DNA from: Planctomycetota bacterium
Lineage (GTDB): Bacteria > Planctomycetota > PLA2 > JAEUHO01
NCBI GenBank assembly: GCA_965222115.1
Contig: CBDCTJ010000007.1
Coordinates: 192,001 to 256,000 of the forward strand
Direction: 5' to 3'
Length of the DNA: 64,000 bases
Shown here: positions 10,100-18,318 of the stretch, in pieces
Layout of the letters: each line of letters opens with the position of its first letter
Numbering within the stretch: position 1 is the stretch's first letter
Translations under genes and position numbers: made by a program
The notes under the pieces: generated by a model
Database searches by the model: none
The model's input: only the letters and a program-made list of their open reading frames with translations
Told to the model about the DNA's origin: nothing

Positions 10100-10429
10100 C
10101 TAGTATGGCCGCCAGGACGGCGCCTGCATCAAGAAGTGAACGCCAGAAGACGATGAACCACCGCCAATAACATATTTGATGCGGACGATCTCCAAGAGAG
10201 CGGATAGGTCAAGTTGCTCGGTGCCCACCGCAGTAATAGATGAGAAACTCCCTAAGTCCGTCCAAGTTGTATCTTCAGAATTTCGGTGCTGTATGGTGAT
10301 ACTAAGGCTTGCACCGGTATCCACGTGGCTAACATCCGCGGAAAATGTTGCAGATAGTCCCGCTCTGGGAAACTGTGGACTATAATAGGGATTCCCGTCA
10401 AGTTTTAGCAATGTAGTTCCGACAACCAT
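10100..10429 (-). CDS. Small beta-rich hypothetical protein (jelly-roll / phage cement-like pattern)
   Basis: Strong AGGAGGA RBS; SLSITIQHRNSEDTTWTDLGSF...IVRIKYVIGG. Confidence 0.75.
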   Translation of the reverse strand: MVVGTTLLKLDGNPYYSPQFPRAGLSATFSADVSHVDTGASLSITIQHRNSEDTTWTDLGSFSSITAVGTEQLDLSALLEIVRIKYVIGGGSSSSGVHFLMQAPSWRPY

Positions 10430-10549
10430 CTTATCCTCCTGACTCTTGTCAACTTTATTACGGCGCGCGGAATTTGAACCGCGCCCAATTCTTTTTTCTG
10501 GCCGCGAGCGCAGGCAACAACCAGAGGAGCGAACTGTTCAAGTTACTCG

Positions 10550-11176
10550 CTACGATCGTGCTTGTTCATCAGCACTCAAGCCTTGCTCTTCTACATGTCC
10601 CAAAACCGGCAAAGGGGTCAGGGTCCAAGGGTTTTTCTTCGTATTTCGCTGACCAACAACGGTGTCTAGCGGCTCTCCGGCCGATATGCGCGTAAGCATG
10701 TGGCGTGCGTCTCGAAGTATGCGCTTTGCGCGACCCGGCTTGCCAGGACGAGCGTCGCAGAGGATGTGGTCCATCTGTGCGTACGTAAGACGCTGCGCCT
10801 TCCACAGGAGTACATGACGGTATGGCGGCGGGAGACTGTCGATGAGTGAAAGTTCTTCATTGATGATCAGTTGACGACTTGGAGAGTCGCGTTTGTCTTG
10901 GTAAAGGCGCATGTGGACATTGGACTTTGGACGCCTGGCGCGCTCTCTGTAATGCTCCTGCAAACGCCGCTTGGATACGCCCGTAGTCCATGCCCCAATG
11001 GAGCACGAAACCTCGGAAAGTCGCCTACGACCCCTCCGAATGCGCAAAACGACGTCTTCTGCGAGATCGCGTTGACCTTGCTGTAGTCGCGATGCCATGT
11101 ACGCGAGCGACGTGTCATATACAATTTTGTACGCTACACCGGGATCGCGTTGCTCCAACACAAGCCATTCGCGCAT
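10550..11176 (-). CDS. Divergent ECF sigma-70-like factor
   Basis: Region-2-like DLAEDVV...IGAWTTGVSKRRLQEHYR and region-4-like IDSLPPPYRHVLLWKAQRLTYAQM...AKRILRDARHML. Confidence 0.6.
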   Translation of the reverse strand: MREWLVLEQRDPGVAYKIVYDTSLAYMASRLQQGQRDLAEDVVLRIRRGRRRLSEVSCSIGAWTTGVSKRRLQEHYRERARRPKSNVHMRLYQDKRDSPSRQLIINEELSLIDSLPPPYRHVLLWKAQRLTYAQMDHILCDARPGKPGRAKRILRDARHMLTRISAGEPLDTVVGQRNTKKNPWTLTPLPVLGHVEEQGLSADEQARS

Positions 11177-11439
11177 GGCTAGACGATCATTCGGCCCTGA
11201 ATGTGCGGGGGGGGGGCTCTGCGACCATGGACGCTTCTTTCATTCCGAGAGGGTCATCCACCGTAGACGACAAAACGTTTCCGTCAACGGGTGCAACGAC
11301 TTGCGTTCGCAAGCGAGATATCGGAATGAGCGATTTGCATGGTGACACAGTGGTGAGTGTTTCGTGACGAGAGACGCGCACAGCGATTCGGACGTAGACT
11401 GTCGTTCAAGAGGGTCAGGAAAAGTCTTCAGATTAAGAT

Positions 11440-12414
11440 TCAGTGTTGAGGATAGAGGATCTTACACACCACACTCGCCCCATCGGCGTCGTAGCCAAGC
11501 AATACGTGCATGCCATCCAGTGACCAATCGAGCGCTTCCCAGTTGCGACCGGCGCGATACTTTTGCCAGGCTTGTTTGTAGCGCGGCATGGCTTCGAGTT
11601 TGAGCGGAGTGCCCGCCCTTTTGCCGGAGAGGTCGAAGCGTTGAATCCAGGTGTGGCTGTAGGGTGCTTTGCCGTGTTTGGAGGTTGCGCCCAAGAGAAC
11701 CGAAACGCCATCGCCGTGCCAAATGATGTCGGTGGCGCGGAAGCGTTGACCCTTGCTGGGAACGGGAATGTCGAGTTCGATCACTTTGGTGGGCTTGTTA
11801 GCTTTGCTGCCGCGAGTCCAAGGCAAGAAAAGTGCGACGCGAGCGTTGCTCCAGCCGTCTTTGCTCTGGTTGAAACCGCCTTCCCACACCACGGCCACAT
11901 CCCACATGTCGGGCCTACTTGCGGGGCGCGCCGCGACGCCTTCGATGCCGCGGTTGTGACGCTCTTTGAAGTTTTTCTTGTCGAGTACACAAACGCCACC
12001 GTCACTGTCGCGCACGGTGTGTAAGTCTTCGCTGATGGCGAATACGAGGGGCATCTTGCCGGCAGCCATGCCGATGTCGATCGATTCGCAATCAGGCATG
12101 TAGTGGGGCAGTTGCCAGATCCCGCCACTCGGCCACTGAAAGCCGTAGTCGGGTTGCTCGTCTCCTACAACAATCACGCCGGAAGGATGCGCGGCCAGAC
12201 CGCTGACTTCCTTGGGTCGATCAATGCGAATCTCGGTCACGCCGGGCGGCGGTGCGGGAAACGAAGACGTTGTTTTGGCTGGTACAGGCGCGCGTCCGCA
12301 GCCAGCGAACAGAAGCGCAGCGAGCATGAGCGCACAAAACGAATCGCGCGCGCCCGTCCAGGGAAAGACGAGCGCGCGTGAGGGCCAAGCGTGTTGTCGA
12401 TTCACCATGGGCAC
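11440..12414 (-). CDS. Hypothetical lipoprotein, beta-propeller (SdiA-regulated/phytase-like)
   Basis: Lipobox LFAGC; repeated E-x-S-G-L / IEGVA / WEALD blade motifs. Confidence 0.6.
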   Translation of the reverse strand: MPMVNRQHAWPSRALVFPWTGARDSFCALMLAALLFAGCGRAPVPAKTTSSFPAPPPGVTEIRIDRPKEVSGLAAHPSGVIVVGDEQPDYGFQWPSGGIWQLPHYMPDCESIDIGMAAGKMPLVFAISEDLHTVRDSDGGVCVLDKKNFKERHNRGIEGVAARPASRPDMWDVAVVWEGGFNQSKDGWSNARVALFLPWTRGSKANKPTKVIELDIPVPSKGQRFRATDIIWHGDGVSVLLGATSKHGKAPYSHTWIQRFDLSGKRAGTPLKLEAMPRYKQAWQKYRAGRNWEALDWSLDGMHVLLGYDADGASVVCKILYPQH

Positions 12415-12440
12415 AGTGAATCGGACATGCTCGTTGGGTG

Positions 12441-14501
12441 CTATGGAATCCCGAGGGCCGTCTTAATGTCGGCGGTGCGGAAAACCTGAATGCGGTAGTT
12501 GCCTTGGTCGGCAATCGCTACCAGCGTGCCATCGGCATTGACGGCAACACCGTCGGCCGAGAGGAACTCGCCGGGCGCATTGCCCTGCACGCCGAACGCG
12601 CCAAGGAACGCGTAATCCTCGCCGTCATCGAAAAGGTCTTCGCTATCTGCGGCACTCAAGTCGTGAACCATGTAACGACCGTTGCGCTCGTCCGACATGT
12701 AGAGCAACTGATTCACCTTGTCGGCGGTGATGCCTTCGATGTCGTCATTGAAACGACCTGGTTGCGGAATCACGCCCACTTGCGGCTCGCCCACTTGCTC
12801 ACCCAAGTAGTCACCGGTTGAGAGTTGGAACACCTCGGCCAACGACTCGTCTTCGCTCGACGCGTAGAGCAGGTCGCGCGCCTCATCGATGGCAAGCGTC
12901 TCGGTCTTAACAAGAATCGACTCGCCGTCATCCGTGGCCTGGCACGTAAACACGTGATTGAGCTGCGACCCGTCAAACGTGAACTTGTGAATCAAGTCGG
13001 TTCCTTGGTCTGCGATGAAGATTGCGTCGTTGGAGTCAATCACCATGCCCGTGGGATCGTCGAACGTGATAGTGGGCGAGGTAAACGAACCGATGGTGGC
13101 GCGCGTGGTGGCGTTGTAGACATTGACGCGATCACCGCCGCGGTCAATTACCCACATGCGCCCCTGGCTGTCGATCTTGATGGCTTCAGGGCCTCCCTTG
13201 CCGGTCGCAGGATCAACAAATTGGCCCGCACCACTGCCGGAACCACCGACCACTCCGATGAAGGCGCCCGTCGAATCGTAGATTTGCACCCGCAAGTTAA
13301 AGACGTCGCCCGCCCAGAGATTGCCGTTTTGATCGAAGCCAAGCTCATTGGGCTCGTCAAACTCGGTGCCCGGCGCAGAACCCTGCACTCCGCCTGCGAT
13401 CCACGTAGGCGTAACAATGGGGAATACGGGAAAGTCGTACTCAGTGAATATTGACGGATCCGTGCACTTCTTCTTCAAACTGTGAACGGAGGCGCGGTAA
13501 TTGCCGTTGTCGGCAATCACGAACGTGTTGCGGCGCTTGTCGATGAAGAACTCGTCCGCGTTTTCTTGTTGGTCGGGATCAAATCCGCGCGCACCGAAGG
13601 CAGCAGCGAAGGTGCCGTCTTCTGAGAAAGCTAGGAAGCGATCACCGGATTCATCACGACCATAGACAAGCCCTTTCTTGTCTACGCCAACGCCCTCGAC
13701 CTGCTCCAAGAACTGATCGGGCCCACTCCCCTGACTACCGAAGGTGCGAATTACATCACCATCGGGACTCACCTTGATAATGCGCCCCACGTCTTTGTCG
13801 GCTACATAGATGTTGCCATCCTTGTCTGTGTCTACGGCCTTCATGCGGTCGGCTTCGATGCCCTCGACGACGCCCAACGTCGCGGTTCCATTGTCGCCAA
13901 AGGTGGTGTCAAGCGCGGTCCCAGACGGGTTGAGTACCTGAATCACTCCCTCTCGCTCGGAAACCACAATGCGACCCCACCGGTCAAGAACCAGATCTTC
14001 GGCACGCTCTGCGAAGTCTGTGAACGCAAGTTGTTCCCACGTCTGATCGCTCAATGACTCTCGGTAGAGAATGCGAACTTGGGGATCCCGGCTGCTGTCG
14101 CGATCCAAGATGTAGAGCTCGGTGTTGTCCTTCTTGTCTTTGAACGACCCCGTCGCAATCGCTTCAATATCCCCAAGCGGCCCAAGTCCGCTGGCTTCGA
14201 TATCTGCGCTTGAGATGATGTCGATCACATCGCCCGTCGTCGTGTCTGACGGATATACCTTAATGAGCCCCTGCACATCATCCACAACATAGATGTTCCC
14301 GGCGTTGTCGCCCTCAATGGTGTCTGCACCAGCGAGCTGATTATCGCCCTGGCCAAAGCCACCGACTTGAAGGAGGGGTGCAGTGTGAAAGTACTGTCCC
14401 TCGTCGAGGTAGATGAGTTCATCGTCACACTGGGATCCCAGCGCTGGGGATCCGAGCATGGCCACGGTCACAATGACAGCCGACCGAAAGAGCATTCGCA
14501 T
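12441..14501 (-). CDS. Secreted NHL-repeat (tandem 6-bladed beta-propeller) protein
   Basis: GGAGG before ATG 14501, signal peptide, many NHL motifs (GNIYVAD, FGSQGSGPDQF, IADQGNYRIQVF). Confidence 0.88.
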   Translation of the reverse strand: MRMLFRSAVIVTVAMLGSPALGSQCDDELIYLDEGQYFHTAPLLQVGGFGQGDNQLAGADTIEGDNAGNIYVVDDVQGLIKVYPSDTTTGDVIDIISSADIEASGLGPLGDIEAIATGSFKDKKDNTELYILDRDSSRDPQVRILYRESLSDQTWEQLAFTDFAERAEDLVLDRWGRIVVSEREGVIQVLNPSGTALDTTFGDNGTATLGVVEGIEADRMKAVDTDKDGNIYVADKDVGRIIKVSPDGDVIRTFGSQGSGPDQFLEQVEGVGVDKKGLVYGRDESGDRFLAFSEDGTFAAAFGARGFDPDQQENADEFFIDKRRNTFVIADNGNYRASVHSLKKKCTDPSIFTEYDFPVFPIVTPTWIAGGVQGSAPGTEFDEPNELGFDQNGNLWAGDVFNLRVQIYDSTGAFIGVVGGSGSGAGQFVDPATGKGGPEAIKIDSQGRMWVIDRGGDRVNVYNATTRATIGSFTSPTITFDDPTGMVIDSNDAIFIADQGTDLIHKFTFDGSQLNHVFTCQATDDGESILVKTETLAIDEARDLLYASSEDESLAEVFQLSTGDYLGEQVGEPQVGVIPQPGRFNDDIEGITADKVNQLLYMSDERNGRYMVHDLSAADSEDLFDDGEDYAFLGAFGVQGNAPGEFLSADGVAVNADGTLVAIADQGNYRIQVFRTADIKTALGIP

Positions 14502-14698
14502 GGCACGCCTCCGTAAGTGTGGGCCGAACTCCCAGCCCCGAACGGGGGGAACGGGCCCTAGCCGCGAGTATGTCCGCGCGACGATTCGCAGTGCAAGCTC
14601 AGTCCGAGATCGAATGCAAAGTCGGGCGAATCTGATGTCCATTATTCTAAACACAGCGCCGCTTCACGTCAGACGCAGTCCAACACTGGGTGTGCGGG

Positions 14699-16468
14699 CT
14701 ACTCGAATTCCACGTCGTCGATGTCTTCTCCGCGGCGGAAGACGCGACGATCGCGAAGTTGGAGCCGTACGTTGCAGTCGGCGAGCGTTGTGAGGCGGTG
14801 CGCAATCATGAACGTCGTACGTCCCTTCATGAGGCGCTCCAGAGCTTCCATGACTTGCTCTTCGGTGCCCGTATCGAGTGCGCTCGTGGGTTCATCCAGT
14901 ATCAGAATCGGGGAATCGCGTAAGAACGCACGGGCCAAGGATACGCGTTGACGCTCGCCGCCAGAAAGTCGAGCGCCACGCTCCCCCACCTCGGTGTTGT
15001 AGCCGTCGGGCAACGCCGAAATGAACTCGTGGGCCGCGGCGTTCTTGGCGGCCTGTTCAATCTCGGCCTGCGTTGCACCGGGGCGGCCGTATGCAATGTT
15101 CTCGCCGATGGTGGTTGAGAACAGCACCGCCTCTTGCAGCACAATGCCAAACTGATCCCGCAAGTCCTTGATGGCGTACTGCCGTATGTCGACGCCGTCG
15201 AGCAGAATCGTGCCCTGTTGTGGATCGTAGAAACGCGGCAGCAAACTCAAGATGGTGCTCTTGCCCGATCCCGTTTTGCCGGCAATGCCTACGCGCGAGC
15301 CCGCCGGAATGTCCTCGTTGACATCAATCAGGATCGGTTCGTCCTCTACGTAGGCAAAATGAACGCCGCGATACTCCACATGACCCTTGGCGCGTGTCAG
15401 GGGAACTGGATGTTCAGGATCTTGCGCATCGGGTCGTTCATCGAGGATGGCAAAGACGCGTTCCGCGCTCGCAAGGGACGACTGCATGCTTGCCAAGCGC
15501 GTTCCGACTTCGCGCAGCGGCTGGAAGAGTTGCGAAAGATAAGCCATGATCAACAGTAGATTGCCGAGCGTGAGCTTGTCTTGCATCACGTGCTGCGCGC
15601 CGACATAGAGAATGGCCGCGCCGCAGCCGCCCACCACAACACCAACAATCAAATCGAACGATCCATGCACCGTGGCCGCGCGAATGCTGGCGTTCATGGT
15701 GCGGGTGGCATGATCGCGAAACCGAGCCGTCTCCCGTGCTTCTTGGCCAAAGGCCTTGACGACACGAACGGCTGAAAGCGATTCGTGAACAACACCCATG
15801 GCGGTGCTCTCGTACTCACGCACCGCCGACCATCGACGACGGAGTTTCTTCCGATAGAGCTCCGTGATGCCAAAGAGGAGCGGACCGCCCAAGAGCGCAA
15901 TGAGCGCCAGCTGCCAATCGATAATCAATGTGACAATGACAAGCACGATCACCTTGACCAGCGCCGTAGCGAACGGAATCACGCCGTCGATGGCAACGGA
16001 CTGAATCGAAGGGGCATCGAACTGGAGTCGATAAATCGAATCGGCGGTGCCTTTGACGTAGTGAAATCCCAATGACAGGCGCTGCATGTGATCGAAGAGC
16101 CGCGCGCGAAAGCCAAGCTTGAGTCGCTCACCGATCCACGTCTTGTAGACCCAGGCCGCAAGATCTTGCACTTGGATCAAGAACGCCGCAAGCATGACCA
16201 GCGCACACGCAAACCACAACATGGACGTGGGTGAACCCTGCACGCCATCGGGGACGAACGTGGCAAGCATCGGATGGAGCGCCTTGCCCCCCAACACATG
16301 ATCCACGACGATTTTGACAGGCAGGGGCATCAACAACGAAATGGGCGCGGCAAGCAAACTCAAGAAGAAGAGGCCCACCAAGTGACCATGCACGTGCTTG
16401 GACTCTCGATAGAGTCGGCGATAGAGCGTGGCATCGCCGTAGCGCGGCTTGGGCTTGGAGGAAGTCAT
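14699..16468 (-). CDS. ABC exporter, fused permease/ATPase (MsbA-like)
   Basis: Transmembrane domain plus Walker A GKTGSGKST, signature LSGGERQR, Walker B ILILDEPTSALD, H-loop IAHRL. Confidence 0.95.
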   Translation of the reverse strand: MTSSKPKPRYGDATLYRRLYRESKHVHGHLVGLFFLSLLAAPISLLMPLPVKIVVDHVLGGKALHPMLATFVPDGVQGSPTSMLWFACALVMLAAFLIQVQDLAAWVYKTWIGERLKLGFRARLFDHMQRLSLGFHYVKGTADSIYRLQFDAPSIQSVAIDGVIPFATALVKVIVLVIVTLIIDWQLALIALLGGPLLFGITELYRKKLRRRWSAVREYESTAMGVVHESLSAVRVVKAFGQEARETARFRDHATRTMNASIRAATVHGSFDLIVGVVVGGCGAAILYVGAQHVMQDKLTLGNLLLIMAYLSQLFQPLREVGTRLASMQSSLASAERVFAILDERPDAQDPEHPVPLTRAKGHVEYRGVHFAYVEDEPILIDVNEDIPAGSRVGIAGKTGSGKSTILSLLPRFYDPQQGTILLDGVDIRQYAIKDLRDQFGIVLQEAVLFSTTIGENIAYGRPGATQAEIEQAAKNAAAHEFISALPDGYNTEVGERGARLSGGERQRVSLARAFLRDSPILILDEPTSALDTGTEEQVMEALERLMKGRTTFMIAHRLTTLADCNVRLQLRDRRVFRRGEDIDDVEFE

Positions 16469-16539
16469 GGCGCGCGAGACTACTCTGCCCGCGCAATCGG
16501 CGAGTACACTTTCACTTTCCACCTGCCTGGAGATTCGTC

Positions 16540-17694
16540 ATGACTCGTTTCAAGCTGCACTACGCGGGAATCGTCTTGGCATTGGGTCTCGCAACCCTGC
16601 CCGTCGATACGGCGCGTGCAAAGGGCAAGGAGAAAACGCCCAAGGTGGACACCAAGGAAGTCCACGAAACGATCAAGAAGGGGCGCGAGTTTCTGCTGAA
16701 TCAGTTCGCGGACGGCATTCACGTCGAAAAATGGCACGACACCGGTGAGTTGGTGATGCTCACACTGGCCCACGCCAAGGTCGATCGCACGCACAAGGTG
16801 TTTAAGGATGGGATTACGGCACTCAAGAAGAGTGAGCTTCGAACAACCTATCGAGTGGCGTGCATGGCGATGGCGCTGAGTGAAATCAACCCCTTTGCGC
16901 ATCGGGAAAAACTGGCCCACTGCGCGCAGTGGCTGGTGGACATGCAGCAAGCCGACGGCTCGTGGGGCTATCCCGGGCATATCAAAGGACCGAAGGATCG
17001 ACCGCTTGCCGAAACCGTGAAGCCGCCCGAGATGCCTGAGTCTCATAAGCAACCTGTCATCATTCTGAGGCGACGTTCTTCATCTGAGGCGTTGCCGACA
17101 CCGCGCGGCGATTTTAGTAATACGCAGTTTGCGATCCTTGGCTTGCGTGCGTGTCTTGCTGCCCGCATTCAGATTCCCAAAGAAACGTGGCAGGACGCAT
17201 TGAAGTACACGTTGGCGAGCCAACGCAAAGACGGCGGGTGGGGCTACATCATTGGCAAAGAACAAGACATGGCGAGCTACGCGAGTTTGACGTGTGCCGG
17301 TGCGTGCGGTGCGGCCATTTGTCTTTACCAGCTCGGGAAGAAGTCGCCCAAGAGCAACGGCAATGTGAAGAAGGCCCTCAAGTGGCTGAACGAACATTGG
17401 GACGAGAGCAACAACGTGGGCATGAACGAGAGTTCGATCATTGGACCCAGTTCGTGGCAGTACTACCACCTCTATTCACTCGAACGCGTGGGCCGCGTCT
17501 TGGGTCTCAAGAAAGTCGGCAAGCGCCCGTGGTTTGACGTGGGTGCGCGATGGATCATGGACCAACAGCGTGGTGACGGCAGTTGGCGCGACCCCGGTGC
17601 CGATAGCCGCACACCGAAGTACATGCGCATCGCCGATACGTGCTTCGCGATTCTGTTTCTGACGCTGTCTACGCCCCCGCTTACGGGTGGTTAG
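16540..17694 (+). CDS. Secreted prenyltransferase/squalene-cyclase-like (alpha/alpha toroid) repeat protein
   Basis: Signal peptide; QW-like repeats WLVDMQQADGSWGY, QRKDGGWGY, QQRGDGSW; GDFSNTQFAILGL; YYHLYSLERVG; TCFAILFL. Confidence 0.85.
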   Translation: MTRFKLHYAGIVLALGLATLPVDTARAKGKEKTPKVDTKEVHETIKKGREFLLNQFADGIHVEKWHDTGELVMLTLAHAKVDRTHKVFKDGITALKKSELRTTYRVACMAMALSEINPFAHREKLAHCAQWLVDMQQADGSWGYPGHIKGPKDRPLAETVKPPEMPESHKQPVIILRRRSSSEALPTPRGDFSNTQFAILGLRACLAARIQIPKETWQDALKYTLASQRKDGGWGYIIGKEQDMASYASLTCAGACGAAICLYQLGKKSPKSNGNVKKALKWLNEHWDESNNVGMNESSIIGPSSWQYYHLYSLERVGRVLGLKKVGKRPWFDVGARWIMDQQRGDGSWRDPGADSRTPKYMRIADTCFAILFLTLSTPPLTGG

Positions 17695-17732
17695 CAGCCG
17701 AAGATAACGAATCGCGCTTACGAGTTGGCGGG

Positions 17733-18089
17733 CTACTTGCCGCCACCGCAGGAGCCGCCGCCACACGAGTCGTCGGGGGCAAAGTCTTCGAACCCACCAT
17801 CGGGACTACCTGACCCCGAATCGAGGGAGCCGCCGCCGTCGCCATCCGGGCTACCGGAACCGGAGTCCCTTGGTTCTTCGCGACGTTCCTCACGGCGCTC
17901 TTCGCGCTTCTTTCGCCGGCGGGGCGCGGGCTCGAAATCGGAATCGTCGCGACGCGAGGTCGAGTCGTCGTCGGAGGCGCATCCCGTGGAGACGGCCGCC
18001 ATACCCACAAGGCCGGTGGCGAGGACCACGGCTGAGAACGCTGGGGCTCCGAGCATCGCAACGATGACGGCATAGGCTGCAGTACGCAT
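17733..18089 (-). CDS. Small low-complexity lipoprotein ending CGGGSCGGGK
   Basis: GGAG RBS; hydrophobic leader with STGC lipobox; charged tract; DSGSGSPDG twice. Confidence 0.65.
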   Translation of the reverse strand: MRTAAYAVIVAMLGAPAFSAVVLATGLVGMAAVSTGCASDDDSTSRRDDSDFEPAPRRRKKREERREERREEPRDSGSGSPDGDGGGSLDSGSGSPDGGFEDFAPDDSCGGGSCGGGK

Positions 18090-18318
18090 TGGCGTGACTC
18101 CCGATCGAACAAAGGGCACCCTACAACTGCCCCGCCCCCAGAGCAAGAGTCGATAGCAAGCATCCCGATAACTGTCATGAACCTGTAAGCTGGGTCGCAC
18201 CCATCGCCTGGTCTACGCGCGGAACGCGTTCCCCGGAACCGCGCGTTGATCTCGGAGGATCCGTCGAGGACCCACTGCTTGGCGGTAACAATGGCATATC
18301 CCTGGCAAGGAGGCCCCG

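Noticed and set aside
10100-10429. Prophage
   Set aside because: A single phage-like pattern with no terminase, portal, capsid, tail or integrase genes.
14699-17694. Terpene or RiPP biosynthetic cluster (ABC exporter + cyclase-like protein)
   Set aside because: The toroid protein is secreted, lacks a DxDD motif, is divergent from the transporter, and belongs to a common Planctomycete family.
18292-18307. Sigma-54 promoter (TGGCAT-N5-TGGCA, GG-N10-GC)
   Set aside because: It abuts the RBS, so the transcription start would fall at the start codon, downstream of the Shine-Dalgarno.
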